Position numbers and translations under genes: made by a program. Source: a virus. Taken from it: a stretch of 64,000 nt of DNA. Positions within the stretch are counted from its first letter, which is position 1. Each line of letters starts with the position of its first letter. This document shows, piece after piece, positions 48,553 to 57,398 of this stretch. The DNA lies in the IMG/VR virus record IMGVR_UViG_3300044684_000278, positions 1-64,000 of that record. One strand, 5' to 3'. Below the pieces are notes generated by a model. That model saw nothing but the letters and a program-made list of their open reading frames with translations, did no database searches and was not told the origin of the DNA.

Positions 48553-48729
48553 TTAGTGTACGGCTTCCCGTTTTTTGGAGTTCTTGGAGTACAATTTCTT
48601 CTTCCAGAACTCATTGACCTTATTGATGTGCTGCTGCTTTTCAGCCAGCTTCTGTCTCAAAACTGTGTTTTCATTCTTCAGTTTTGTGTTCTCATGCAGG
48701 ACCTCTTTACAGATGATTGCTTTTATCAT
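48553..48729 (-). CDS. 58-aa coiled-coil protein (below the ORF-track cutoff)
   Basis: Hand translation MIKAIICKEVLHENTKLKNENTVLRQKLAEKQQHINKVNEFWKKK... Confidence 0.55.
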   Translation of the reverse strand: MIKAIICKEVLHENTKLKNENTVLRQKLAEKQQHINKVNEFWKKKLYSKNSKKREAVH

Positions 48730-48792
48730 AGTCTACGCATTAAAAAAGGTATGAGCCGGGCCCATACCTCTGTTATAAATAATAGTTTAGTT

Positions 48793-49185
48793 TCAAAATC
48801 TGATTTCCATGGAGTCCTTCCCGATGTTAACGGATTTAGCCCCGTCTCCAATCTCAACTGATACTCCGTTAATGATGAATTTATACGTGCTGGTATTGTT
48901 CATGACTCCAACCACACTGGATCCGGTAGTGGATGTCCTGTTGGAGTCTGGCTTCATCTGCTCCCGGACCTTTGCTAAACTGTCTGTGGGAGAGATGGCC
49001 CCGGATGGCCTCTTGCCTTTTACAGAGGGGAACTGCAGTCCTTCCTCCCTAAACCGGTTCTTATAGTTGTGTACACTGGATACAGCAATATGGAAGTGCT
49101 GGGCAATGTCCTCAGGATATACACCCTGTACAACCATTGCTTTCATTTCTTCTACCTGATCAGTGGATAGTCTTTTGTTTGCCAT
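48793..49185 (-). CDS. HTH DNA-binding protein divergent from the integrase
   Basis: PEDIAQHFHIAVSSVHNY helix-turn-helix. Confidence 0.75.
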   Translation of the reverse strand: MANKRLSTDQVEEMKAMVVQGVYPEDIAQHFHIAVSSVHNYKNRFREEGLQFPSVKGKRPSGAISPTDSLAKVREQMKPDSNRTSTTGSSVVGVMNNTSTYKFIINGVSVEIGDGAKSVNIGKDSMEIRF

Positions 49186-49223
49186 GTTCTTCTTTTTGTA
49201 GATACGGAATCCTTGTTTCCTGT

Positions 49224-49390
49224 TGGTTAAGATTACAAAATTAGGCTGAATTATCCAAATATATAGTCAGGATACTGGATAACAGCTTGTTAATATCTAC
49301 AAAATGTGAGCCAAACTCATCCATTATTCTGTAGATTTTTTCTTTAGGGAAAACCACTTAACTTGGACTACAAGTAATACATTTGTAGAA
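49224..49390. promoter_or_regulatory. Divergent Bacteroidota-type promoters with TCTACA boxes
   Basis: Minus TAATTTTG (about 49236-49243) and TATATTTG (about 49256-49263); plus TACATTTG (about 49378-49385). Confidence 0.55.
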
Positions 49391-49448
49391 ATTCAGGCTT
49401 CCAGGATATAACGTATCCCAGAAACCCTTTACTTTGTCCAGCAGAATT

Positions 49449-49660
49449 CAGTGAGTAATACGTGAGTAGGTCACTTTGGTGAGTAAGAATATCAGCTTCC
49501 AGCAACGGTTTGAAGATGCGGGTTCGAGTCCCGTCCGGTCCGCTTTATAGTTCTTAAGTAGCTGATAATCAAGATATTCTTAGTCCCAAAAGTGAGTCTT
49601 TTGAGTGGTTCCAGTGAGTAATCCGTGAGTAACTCCGGATTGATGAAAAAATCTACTCAC
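49449..49660 (+). mobile_element. attP site: tRNA-Asp 3'-half core flanked by integrase arm-type repeats
   Basis: Core GCGGGTTCGAGTCCCGTCCGGTCCGC at 49518-49543; GTGAGTA repeats at 49451, 49462, 49479, 49614, 49625 and inverted at 49654. Confidence 0.85.
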
Positions 49661-49703
49661 TGAATCCGCTGAAACCCAAGCCAGGATTCAATCACATAAG
49701 ACT

Positions 49704-50819
49704 ATGAATATCTTGTTTTATTTAAAGGACTCAAAGAACAAAGCCGGTGAGAAAGCTCTCTATGTCCGGCTCTCCCAAGGCACCCAAATTACAGAATTAT
49801 CCCTGGGTGTCCGCATGAAACCCTCCCAGTTTAAGTCTACATCTTCCAAGCAGTACATGAATGCTGTTCAAGCCAAGCTCCTGGAGATAGAGGGAGAACT
49901 TCTTCTACAAAGTACCTGTACCCCACAAATGATCAAGCATGAGTACTTAAGCCGTACTACGCAGGTATATAACCTCCTTGATGTGTGGGATCAGTACCTG
50001 GTGTATTACCAAAAGAACAAGCTCCAGACCGGAGAGGTCAAGGAGGTGTCCTATGATAAGTTCGTCCTTTCCCAGGATTACATGAAAAAGTACCTCAGAG
50101 AGCTGAAACTTACGGACATCCCTTTGAACATGATCCATTCTGATTTCATCATGGAGTTTTTCAATTTTCTCAGAAGGAGTGTATCCCATAATCATGCTCA
50201 GAAGATGGTCAGCAAGTTCAAGACAGTGATCATCTGGGCCCATTCCAAGGGCTGGATCACCAAGACCCCCTTTACCCAGGTCAAGATCCGGCCAAACAAA
50301 ACCAAGGTGGTCTATCTGGTGGACAGTGAGCTGAAGAGGCTGCACAAGACCAAGTACCATCCCCGGCTGGAGAAGGTGCGTGATGCTTTTCTTTTTCAGT
50401 GTTATACAGGGCTTGCCTACATAGACATGAGCCAGCTTACCCAGGAAATGATTGAGGATAACAAGATCATGATTGACCGTCAGAAGACGGGTGAGCCCTG
50501 CTACATCCCCTTAATGAAGCCAGCCAAGGAAATACTGGAAAAGTACAGGTATAAGCTCCCGGTAAATTCCAACCAGAAAATGAATGCTTACTTAAAAGAA
50601 GTAGGCACCCTGGCAAAAATCAACAAAGAGCTGCATACTCACGTTGGCAGGCATACTTTTGCCACCATTGCCCTAAATAACGGAATGCCCGTGACCACTT
50701 TACAGGTCATACTGGGGCACTCTGACATCAGGACCACAATGAAGTATGCCAAGTTGATCCGGAATACGATAGATCAGGACATGGTCAAGCTGGAAGATAA
50801 GTTATCTGCTATAGTATAA
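49704..50819 (+). CDS. int: Tyrosine integrase, Bacteroidota type
   Basis: Arm-binding N-terminus (ILFYLK..LYVRL), SAM-like domain, TGLAYID, RQKT, HVGRHTFAT, LGH, T..Y. Confidence 0.93.
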   Translation: MNILFYLKDSKNKAGEKALYVRLSQGTQITELSLGVRMKPSQFKSTSSKQYMNAVQAKLLEIEGELLLQSTCTPQMIKHEYLSRTTQVYNLLDVWDQYLVYYQKNKLQTGEVKEVSYDKFVLSQDYMKKYLRELKLTDIPLNMIHSDFIMEFFNFLRRSVSHNHAQKMVSKFKTVIIWAHSKGWITKTPFTQVKIRPNKTKVVYLVDSELKRLHKTKYHPRLEKVRDAFLFQCYTGLAYIDMSQLTQEMIEDNKIMIDRQKTGEPCYIPLMKPAKEILEKYRYKLPVNSNQKMNAYLKEVGTLAKINKELHTHVGRHTFATIALNNGMPVTTLQVILGHSDIRTTMKYAKLIRNTIDQDMVKLEDKLSAIV

Positions 50820-50820
50820 A

Positions 50821-50852
50821 GAAAGGAGGATTAAGTTCCTCCTTTTTGTTTT
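50821..50852. terminator. Terminator between convergent genes
   Basis: AAAGGAGGA...TCCTCCTTT followed by T-run. Confidence 0.7.
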
Positions 50853-51079
50853 TGTTCCAGGGTATTCAGGGCTTCCATGATCTGGTCAATGACCGGTGTC
50901 TCACGTTTAAGAAAAGTAAAAGCTTTAACATCCCACATAGGAGATCCGTCACCAGCTTTATAACTCCCAGTATCTTCAATTACTTTGCCCCTGAAGTAGT
51001 TTCCTCTTATTTCTTGAACCCTTACCTTAGTTCCAAGTTTACCTACTACTATATCACCGGGCTTAAATGGCTCATTCAT
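50831..51079 (-). CDS. SH3-like protein with shared tail
   Basis: FKPGDIV...PVIDQIMEALNTLEQKQ. Confidence 0.7.
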   Translation of the reverse strand: MNEPFKPGDIVVGKLGTKVRVQEIRGNYFRGKVIEDTGSYKAGDGSPMWDVKAFTFLKRETPVIDQIMEALNTLEQKQKGGT

Positions 51080-51330
51080 TCCTCTGCCTTTCCCCACTCT
51101 TTATTGAGCTGGTCAAACTGTTCTTTGGTAAACGCATAGTGATTGGTAAGGCCCCGTTCCCTCTTCCCGTTGATATAATCACACAGGCTCTTGGCCGTGT
51201 ATTCATCCGTGCGGAACTGCCAGTTTATGGCTGCTGCTTCTATTTCTTCCGGGAGGTTGTGTACTATAGTGAAGCTGCTTCCGTCTGATAGCCGGATCTC
51301 CGTTTCAAAAAATTTCATATCATCCATCAT
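51076..51330 (-). CDS. Hypothetical protein
   Basis: ORF coupled to the downstream gene. Confidence 0.6.
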   Translation of the reverse strand: MMDDMKFFETEIRLSDGSSFTIVHNLPEEIEAAAINWQFRTDEYTAKSLCDYINGKRERGLTNHYAFTKEQFDQLNKEWGKAEE

Positions 51331-51388
51331 ATTGTAATTGTTTATAATATTTTGTATATTAAACTAACCACCTTATCCTCATTGCTTT

Positions 51389-51919
51389 ATGTGCAACTGT
51401 AACAAATTCCTGGTAACACCCGTGAGCTGCAAAAGAGCAGTCTACACAGACTATGTTGCCACCTGCTCTGACTCACCCGGTGCCTTCCTAAAAGAGTCAG
51501 CCTGTCCGCCCTGTACAGACGGGCCGGACATCAATACCCTGGAAATAGACTATCTGAACGCTCAGTGGACCTATCAGATGAGTGCTAACGATACTGGCAG
51601 AACTGCACTGGACTTTTATAACGGGTGGTTTTTACCTTACAAGGCACAACTGGGATTTACAGATAATACGATTTTCCAGATCTATGTAACCTCAGGCAGT
51701 TTCAGCCAACCTTTGGATGTTACTCAATACAGTCAGGGACCAGTTTCTTTTACTGACTCCAGCGGGAACACTTCTTATACGCTCCAGGGATCTGCCGCAC
51801 CAGGCACTGGTATGGCCGTTAATATAAACTCTGGCTGGGGAAACTATTCTATTCTGGCAGTAGGTAATGATGGAAAAACAATCATTTTTAACAATATCAT
51901 AGCCATCTGGGGCTCTTAA
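51389..51919 (+). CDS. MCNCN-type Cys-leader protein, paralog 1
   Basis: Cys-rich N-terminus, S/T/G-rich beta body. Confidence 0.75.
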   Translation: MCNCNKFLVTPVSCKRAVYTDYVATCSDSPGAFLKESACPPCTDGPDINTLEIDYLNAQWTYQMSANDTGRTALDFYNGWFLPYKAQLGFTDNTIFQIYVTSGSFSQPLDVTQYSQGPVSFTDSSGNTSYTLQGSAAPGTGMAVNINSGWGNYSILAVGNDGKTIIFNNIIAIWGS

Positions 51920-51930
51920 TCCATATTACC

Positions 51931-52470
51931 ATGTGTAACTGTAACTGTAATCGTTTCGTCATCAGGAAGAACAACAAGTATCTTCCTACCTTTACTAACT
52001 ATATAGCGGTTCCCACAGATTGTGCGGATGCATATATAAAGCCCGGAGACTGTCCCGGATGTAACCCTTTGCGTTATGCTGTCCGGGAGGATATGGCAAA
52101 CCCCGCGTACCAGGTGGATACCGGTACTGCTGATGGCATTACCATCAATGCCATGGATATTTACTATGGCCTGTCCGGGAAGTATTACACCCAGATCCAG
52201 GTAGACAGCAGTACAGCCTTCACTTTCTACACCTATCCCGGCACTTATGCACCTACCAAAAGAATTGATACAAGCGTACTTTCTCCGGTAGGCACGATCA
52301 CCTATTCAGGTGGGCCTACTATGTCTGCCAGTGACAATGGGGCGGGACAGAGTGTAACCTTAAGCGGGTTTAGTGGGCAGAATGGAAACTTTAGTGTGAT
52401 CATGTATGATCAGAAGCAAGGAAAGGCCATTATCCTCAACAACCTGATCCAGTTTTACCATGAACGTTAA
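51931..52470 (+). CDS. MCNCN-type Cys-leader protein, paralog 2
   Basis: Aligns with paralog 1 at both ends. Confidence 0.75.
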   Translation: MCNCNCNRFVIRKNNKYLPTFTNYIAVPTDCADAYIKPGDCPGCNPLRYAVREDMANPAYQVDTGTADGITINAMDIYYGLSGKYYTQIQVDSSTAFTFYTYPGTYAPTKRIDTSVLSPVGTITYSGGPTMSASDNGAGQSVTLSGFSGQNGNFSVIMYDQKQGKAIILNNLIQFYHER

Positions 52471-52712
52471 ACCTGGGCTATCTTGGCTCCCACAATGAAG
52501 GTCTCCGCTGTATCATTGTCAAACCTGACAAGATAGGCATCAACACCATTCATAGAGACACTTCCTGTGACCACACCCTGGTCCTGCTCAAAGTGTACAT
52601 CCTTATCTTCCCGTACTACTTTTTTTACCCTTTGACCAAGCTTGATCTTGCATCTCGGATCCCCTGAGTGCAGGAGCTCTAAGATGGCAGGGTTGAGGTC
52701 ATGTAAGATCAT
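52467..52712 (-). CDS. Small SH3-like protein (no tail)
   Basis: LGQRVKK...G.V......YLVRFD. Confidence 0.6.
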   Translation of the reverse strand: MILHDLNPAILELLHSGDPRCKIKLGQRVKKVVREDKDVHFEQDQGVVTGSVSMNGVDAYLVRFDNDTAETFIVGAKIAQV

Positions 52713-52729
52713 AATGATAAGTTGTTAAT

Positions 52730-52768
52730 GAATCCGGACTAATATAAGAATCAGTCCGGATTTTTTTT
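52730..52768. terminator. Terminator-like hairpin
   Basis: AATCCGGACT...AGTCCGGATT followed by T-run. Confidence 0.65.
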
Positions 52769-52769
52769 G

Positions 52770-54023
52770 TTACTTGTTTAATTGTGCATCTGTTTCCGGA
52801 GTCACATTGATATACTTCCCACCTGTACGCTCACAAAGACTTTTCAGCTCATTGTTAGGTCCGTTGTAAAGAGTGATGGCATTGGTCTTCCAGGTAAGCT
52901 TGTCTGTCTTCACGCTATCCTGGCCATCGTTGATCACCAGGATCTCCGGCTGATCTACGGACAGGTCAATGTTCAGATTGAACAGCTTGTGGTTTTCCAT
53001 GATCTCTTTACGGATCCTGTCAATGATGAGTCCCACTTCTGTGTCTCCACCACTGGGGTTATTGTTGAAGTGTTTCCAGAACTCCAGGGCAGTCTCCCGG
53101 TTATAGATATGATACCATTTAAACGTACCATGCTCCAGGTTGTTTTTGGTCAGGAAGAAGCAGAAGAAGATCTCACACTCTTCCTTGATACAGTAAGATA
53201 ACCTGTCGGCCACGATGGACATCACCCACTGTTGTTTCTGTGGGGAGTTCATGGATCCTGAAAAGTCCACCAGCATGATGATCTTCTGCTTGGACTCTTC
53301 ACTTGTTACCGGGGTGTTGACGATCAGGTCCTTGGTTACCAGTTTCTGGTTGAAGTTGGGCATCATACGCTGATACAGCTGGCTGTTTACCAGCTCACCA
53401 TATTCTGCCATCCTTTTCTGCTTATGTACCTGGGAGTTGGTCACCCTTCTCTCATGCACCACCTTCTTGATCTCAAAGCTCTTACCGAAGGCTTCCACCA
53501 TGGCAATCCGCTGCATCATATCCAGCCTTTTATCAAAGTCCTGCATGTCTGCCCGGTTGTCAAAGAGCTCATTTATAGTAGAAGACTCAAACTGCTCCTC
53601 ATCCGGCACGCCAACAAATACCTCTGTGAGGTCTTTCTCCGTCATCTTATCCGGGGAAGGCATAGCTCCGCCCTTTTGTTTCTGCTTCCGCTTCATCAGC
53701 ATGAGCAGGTTCATAGCCTTGTCCAAAGGAGAGATGCCAGGAACAAACTTGGTCCTTAAAGCCTCATAGAATCCTTCCTTGGCGTTTGCCCTTTCCAGCT
53801 CCTCCGGACTTAGCTTAGCCGGATCTTTGTATTTATCTTCCACGATGTCATAGGACATCACCATCTTGTGGTAGAAGAAACGGGCCAGCTCTTTGGCTAC
53901 ATGGGTATTCTGCAGGTCAAGACCCTTGCGGTGGAGAGTGCTCTCCACCACATAGGTCATTGGGGTCCAGTAATACTCATGTTCCCGTATGTAAAAATCT
54001 TCTTGCTTATTTCTCAATAACAT
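52770..54023 (-). CDS. VWA-domain protein (MoxR partner 2)
   Basis: VDFSGSM, GGDT, INDG. Confidence 0.85.
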   Translation of the reverse strand: MLLRNKQEDFYIREHEYYWTPMTYVVESTLHRKGLDLQNTHVAKELARFFYHKMVMSYDIVEDKYKDPAKLSPEELERANAKEGFYEALRTKFVPGISPLDKAMNLLMLMKRKQKQKGGAMPSPDKMTEKDLTEVFVGVPDEEQFESSTINELFDNRADMQDFDKRLDMMQRIAMVEAFGKSFEIKKVVHERRVTNSQVHKQKRMAEYGELVNSQLYQRMMPNFNQKLVTKDLIVNTPVTSEESKQKIIMLVDFSGSMNSPQKQQWVMSIVADRLSYCIKEECEIFFCFFLTKNNLEHGTFKWYHIYNRETALEFWKHFNNNPSGGDTEVGLIIDRIRKEIMENHKLFNLNIDLSVDQPEILVINDGQDSVKTDKLTWKTNAITLYNGPNNELKSLCERTGGKYINVTPETDAQLNK

Positions 54024-55146
54024 CTTGGATCTCCTTCAGTTTAGATTGTAAGAATTTTTCATAGCCGGATACGCGGCCACTGATCTGTTTCATCAGCTCG
54101 TCATCCACCTTCTTGGCTTTCAGAGTCTGAATATCCGCATGGATCTCTTTCAGTACCACTTTGGCACGACGAACATTGTCCAGGGAATTCAGGGTGACAC
54201 TATTGGCCTCTTTGATGTTACCATCAATCTTAGCTATCAGGTCCTCAATCACCTGTACATTTTTGTACTTGGAGATCTCAGCATCCACCAGGGATTTGTT
54301 CTTGCCAGAGAAATCTGCCATGAACTTCAGGCCACCCATATCACCACCGGTCTTCTCCAGGATACGGGCTGCTTTAATGGCAGTACGCGGAGAAACCACG
54401 GTTCCGTTCTGGGCCAGTTTCTCCATGATATAAGAAAGCTGGCTGAATGGCTTGCCGAACATTTTGTTGAACATGAAGGAATAAGTATCCTTAGTGTATG
54501 CATTCCACTCTACTTTATACTCTAAAGGAAAACGTTCCATGAGGGCCTTCAGTGAGTCGTTCTTGGTGAACTCTTCACGGGTCTTGTTAGTACAGCACAC
54601 GATGAGCTTGGTCTTGATCTCAAATACCTGTGTGCCGTTACGGAACTTGCCGGAGGTCAGGATGTCTTTTAACTGTTCCAGGATATAATCCGGAGCATCC
54701 ATCAACTCTTCAAAGATCACGTACTCAAAGTTCATGAAAGAGTTTTCTACCAGGAATTCCAGGGCACCTGTGTCATTGAACTTCTTGATGTCAATGCCAC
54801 CAAACAGGGAATCGGTAGTAGTACCGCTACCCATTGTCTTTACAAACGGCTCAATACCTTTTGATTCAAAGAAGTATTCAGTGAACTCTGATTTACCGTG
54901 ACCGCCTTTACCAAACAGGATGATATTCTCTCCGGTCAGGAGTGCCAAGTCAAGGGCCTTGTTCAGATCTTCCATGAATACGAACTTGGTAGGATCTGAT
55001 TTGGTTTTTGGAGCAGCAGCAGGAGCTTCTGCAGGAGCAGGAGTTTCTTTTCCGGTTTCAGCTTGAGCTGATTTGTTTTTTAACATGCTTGGTGCTTTGA
55101 TAGCCACACCATTGGTTTTCTTTACTGCTGTTTCAGTGGTACTCAT
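54007..55146 (-). CDS. MoxR-like AAA+ ATPase 2
   Basis: GKGGHGKS, IFEEL.DA, CCTN, ALMERF, SPR; start re-called at MSTTET. Confidence 0.88.
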   Translation of the reverse strand: MSTTETAVKKTNGVAIKAPSMLKNKSAQAETGKETPAPAEAPAAAPKTKSDPTKFVFMEDLNKALDLALLTGENIILFGKGGHGKSEFTEYFFESKGIEPFVKTMGSGTTTDSLFGGIDIKKFNDTGALEFLVENSFMNFEYVIFEELMDAPDYILEQLKDILTSGKFRNGTQVFEIKTKLIVCCTNKTREEFTKNDSLKALMERFPLEYKVEWNAYTKDTYSFMFNKMFGKPFSQLSYIMEKLAQNGTVVSPRTAIKAARILEKTGGDMGGLKFMADFSGKNKSLVDAEISKYKNVQVIEDLIAKIDGNIKEANSVTLNSLDNVRRAKVVLKEIHADIQTLKAKKVDDELMKQISGRVSGYEKFLQSKLKEIQDVIEK

Positions 55147-55180
55147 GATTTTTGTGTTGATTAAATAGTGAATTATTTTG

Positions 55181-55465
55181 TTAACTGTTTTTTGCTTGTA
55201 GCTGTAAAGCCAGCCGGTCAAGGGCTGACTCAATTAGAATAATAGTGTCGGAGAGGGGATCTTTAGCAAGTTCTCTCCAGTAGTAACGACCTTCCTGGCC
55301 GTCCTCCCAGCGGACTCCTGCACCTATATCGGAGATCCATTTTGTGATGATCCCCTTTTTACCCTCTCCTCTCTTGGTTCGGTCGTTGCTGGATTTTATA
55401 CCTTCCTCAGAGATGATAACCTTTGTTCCTACCGGACCAGTACTTTGGGTAAGGTGCTTAGACAT
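55181..55465 (-). CDS. SH3/Mib-like protein with shared tail
   Basis: VGTKV...G.I...VRWEDG...Y...IILIESALDRLALQL. Confidence 0.7.
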   Translation of the reverse strand: MSKHLTQSTGPVGTKVIISEEGIKSSNDRTKRGEGKKGIITKWISDIGAGVRWEDGQEGRYYWRELAKDPLSDTIILIESALDRLALQLQAKNS

Positions 55466-55793
55466 AGAACGGACTTAGTTTTTGCTTTTGCTTTTTCTCG
55501 TGCTTATCCAGCTCTATGAGTGTCTGGCGGATCAGCTCCGCACAGTTATCACACTTCTCCTGGAGGATCTTTTCTTCTGAAGGAACATATACCAGCTCCT
55601 TCATGTAATAGGCTTCCCGGTGACCGTTGGACCACAGCACGTAGCATGTGTTTCCACTACTACCATCAAGTGTCCCGATCATACCTTTACCATTTTTAAT
55701 ACGGTCTTCATGGGGAGGTGCGGTGGGACTTAACTCTACCTCAGCCCCCTTCTGGTAGTTTCCTTCGTTTACCTGGACTTTTTGTTTTGTCAT
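55458..55793 (-). CDS. SH3/Mib-like protein with divergent tail
   Basis: KGAEV...VLWSNG...Y..KEL...LIRQTLIELDKHEKK. Confidence 0.65.
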   Translation of the reverse strand: MTKQKVQVNEGNYQKGAEVELSPTAPPHEDRIKNGKGMIGTLDGSSGNTCYVLWSNGHREAYYMKELVYVPSEEKILQEKCDNCAELIRQTLIELDKHEKKQKQKLSPFYV

Positions 55794-56032
55794 GTTTCAA
55801 AAGTTTCAATGGTTTTGATAATGTTTTGGAGGGCATTCCAGAAGGACTTGTCTTCTCTCATCTCTTCCAGCTCCCCATCCGTTGGTTTACGGATGGCCTG
55901 GTTATCCTCAAAGAGCAGGATACTTTTGCAATGGAAGCAGATGCTGACATCACCTTTGGAAGGCCGCACATCTTTCTGATAAGTTTCGTGATTGTTTAAT
56001 TGGGTTGAACAATAGGGACACGGTATACTCAT
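55790..56032 (-). CDS. Zinc-ribbon protein
   Basis: CPYC...CFHC. Confidence 0.65.
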   Translation of the reverse strand: MSIPCPYCSTQLNNHETYQKDVRPSKGDVSICFHCKSILLFEDNQAIRKPTDGELEEMREDKSFWNALQNIIKTIETFET

Positions 56033-56052
56033 AGTTTTTCAGGGAAATGGAA

Positions 56053-56589
56053 TCAGAGTTTTAACTTGTTACGTATGTTTAAGAGTTTCTGTTTGTAGCT
56101 GTCATCCTTTGAATAGAACTTGCTGATATAATTCACCCAGGAAGACTCTGAGGAGATGTTCTCCGGATCTTCTACAAAGCCCTGCCACATGGCATAGTCA
56201 ATACAGCTTTGTCTCCAGTGTGAATAATAAGCATGGTTGTTCTTTTCTCCCAGGGCTGTGGTTGGACGGTGTTCGGCCAGCTTCATTCCGAAGAGATTGT
56301 TGTTTTCATTGAATACCTTAGAGGATCCATTGGCGGATTCCAGTTTCATTTGTGCAATAGCTACTTCCGGGTACTTGACGTGTAGCTGTCTTAAATAATC
56401 ACGAACCTTGATCTCAGAAAAGGGGTCATTGAGATCATAGACGATCTGGGTGCTTACGCTCTGTTGTGTAACTGTCTTAGGTTCCTGGAACCTGGCTGTA
56501 TAGGCTATGTAGCAGAAGCCTATCAGCAAAACAGCAAGAAAGATGATGGTTACAACGTCTCTGATTGATACTTTTTTTAATAGTTGCAT
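56053..56589 (-). CDS. Membrane-anchored glucosaminidase (GH73/FlgJ-like)
   Basis: N-terminal TM; AQMKLES, NNLFGMK, YS.D..Y. Confidence 0.8.
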   Translation of the reverse strand: MQLLKKVSIRDVVTIIFLAVLLIGFCYIAYTARFQEPKTVTQQSVSTQIVYDLNDPFSEIKVRDYLRQLHVKYPEVAIAQMKLESANGSSKVFNENNNLFGMKLAEHRPTTALGEKNNHAYYSHWRQSCIDYAMWQGFVEDPENISSESSWVNYISKFYSKDDSYKQKLLNIRNKLKL

Positions 56590-56766
56590 TAGGGTAGGGT
56601 TAAATAAGAGGACCAACCTAACCCCTTAGTTGATCCTTGATCAGGTGCCAGAGGTCAGCCTCAGCTCTTCTATCCGTCATAGCCTTTTGGAGGTAAGAAC
56701 CTCACTCCGGGATATGATCAGATTTACGCTCTGCTTGTGTGGGAGCAAGGGATTCACCTGTTGGTC

Positions 56767-56955
56767 TTAATAGCAATCCCTGGCACGCTGTTCGTTCCAT
56801 TGCTGCTCTTTGATCTGATCCACTTCTTCTGAAGAGAGATCAGATGAGAATACGTTTGACTGTGTCTGGTATGAATCCCTTACGTAAGCAGGATCTTTTT
56901 TTTGTATGTCTGCTATAGATTCTCCGGCATACTTGCCTCTTGTAAACTTTGTCAT
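56767..56955 (-). CDS. DUF3820-like small protein
   Basis: GKYAG.SI.DI...DP.YV. Confidence 0.6.
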   Translation of the reverse strand: MTKFTRGKYAGESIADIQKKDPAYVRDSYQTQSNVFSSDLSSEEVDQIKEQQWNEQRARDCY

Positions 56956-56971
56956 AGTGATTTGATTTTTG

Positions 56972-57042
56972 CACGGGCAGACAGACTCGAACTGCCAATC
57001 TCCTCCTCAAATGGGGTGTCCTATCCATTAGACGATACCCGT
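56972..57042 (-). tRNA. tRNA-like gene (probably Gln-UUG) with a degenerate anticodon stem
   Basis: ACGGGTA/TGCCCGT acceptor stem, GTC-TAATGGATAG-GAC D arm, GGCAG-TTCGAGT-CTGTC T arm; no encoded CCA. Confidence 0.7.
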
Positions 57043-57077
57043 GTGTAGTAAGCCCGGATCACTCCGGGACTTAAAGC

Positions 57078-57365
57078 TTATTTTACCTGGAACACAGTGC
57101 CACCAATTCTTACAGAACGGAGGGTACGGGGATCCACGTTTTTGAATGATTTGGATTTGGTCTCCTTAACAGGGAGGTAACCAAGGTTGGTCAGGGTCTG
57201 ACCTTTGGCCACTTTACAGTTCATGGTGCGTTCCTCTTCATTTTTCTTCTGAAAAGTCACGGTCAGGAACCGGCCATTGGACTGGTATCTCATCAGGTCT
57301 ACCAGTGCAGTACGTGATACTTTTTGAATGCTTGGAGCAGCTTGCTCCATTTGTTTGGTTGCCAT
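57078..57365 (-). CDS. SH3 beta-barrel (DUF2693/WYL_2-like) protein
   Basis: VTFQKKN.E.R.M.C pattern. Confidence 0.6.
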   Translation of the reverse strand: MATKQMEQAAPSIQKVSRTALVDLMRYQSNGRFLTVTFQKKNEEERTMNCKVAKGQTLTNLGYLPVKETKSKSFKNVDPRTLRSVRIGGTVFQVK

Positions 57366-57398
57366 AAGGATTTGAATTATTGATTTTTACTTGGTTGA

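Noticed and set aside
49500-49545. Functional tRNA-Asp gene
   Set aside because: Only the T arm and the 3' acceptor strand are present. The upstream sequence gives no D or anticodon arm, so it is read as an att core.
49449-49660. CRISPR array or iterons from the GTGAGTA repeats
   Set aside because: The repeats are 7-11 bp, lack unique spacers and flank the att core as expected for integrase arm sites.
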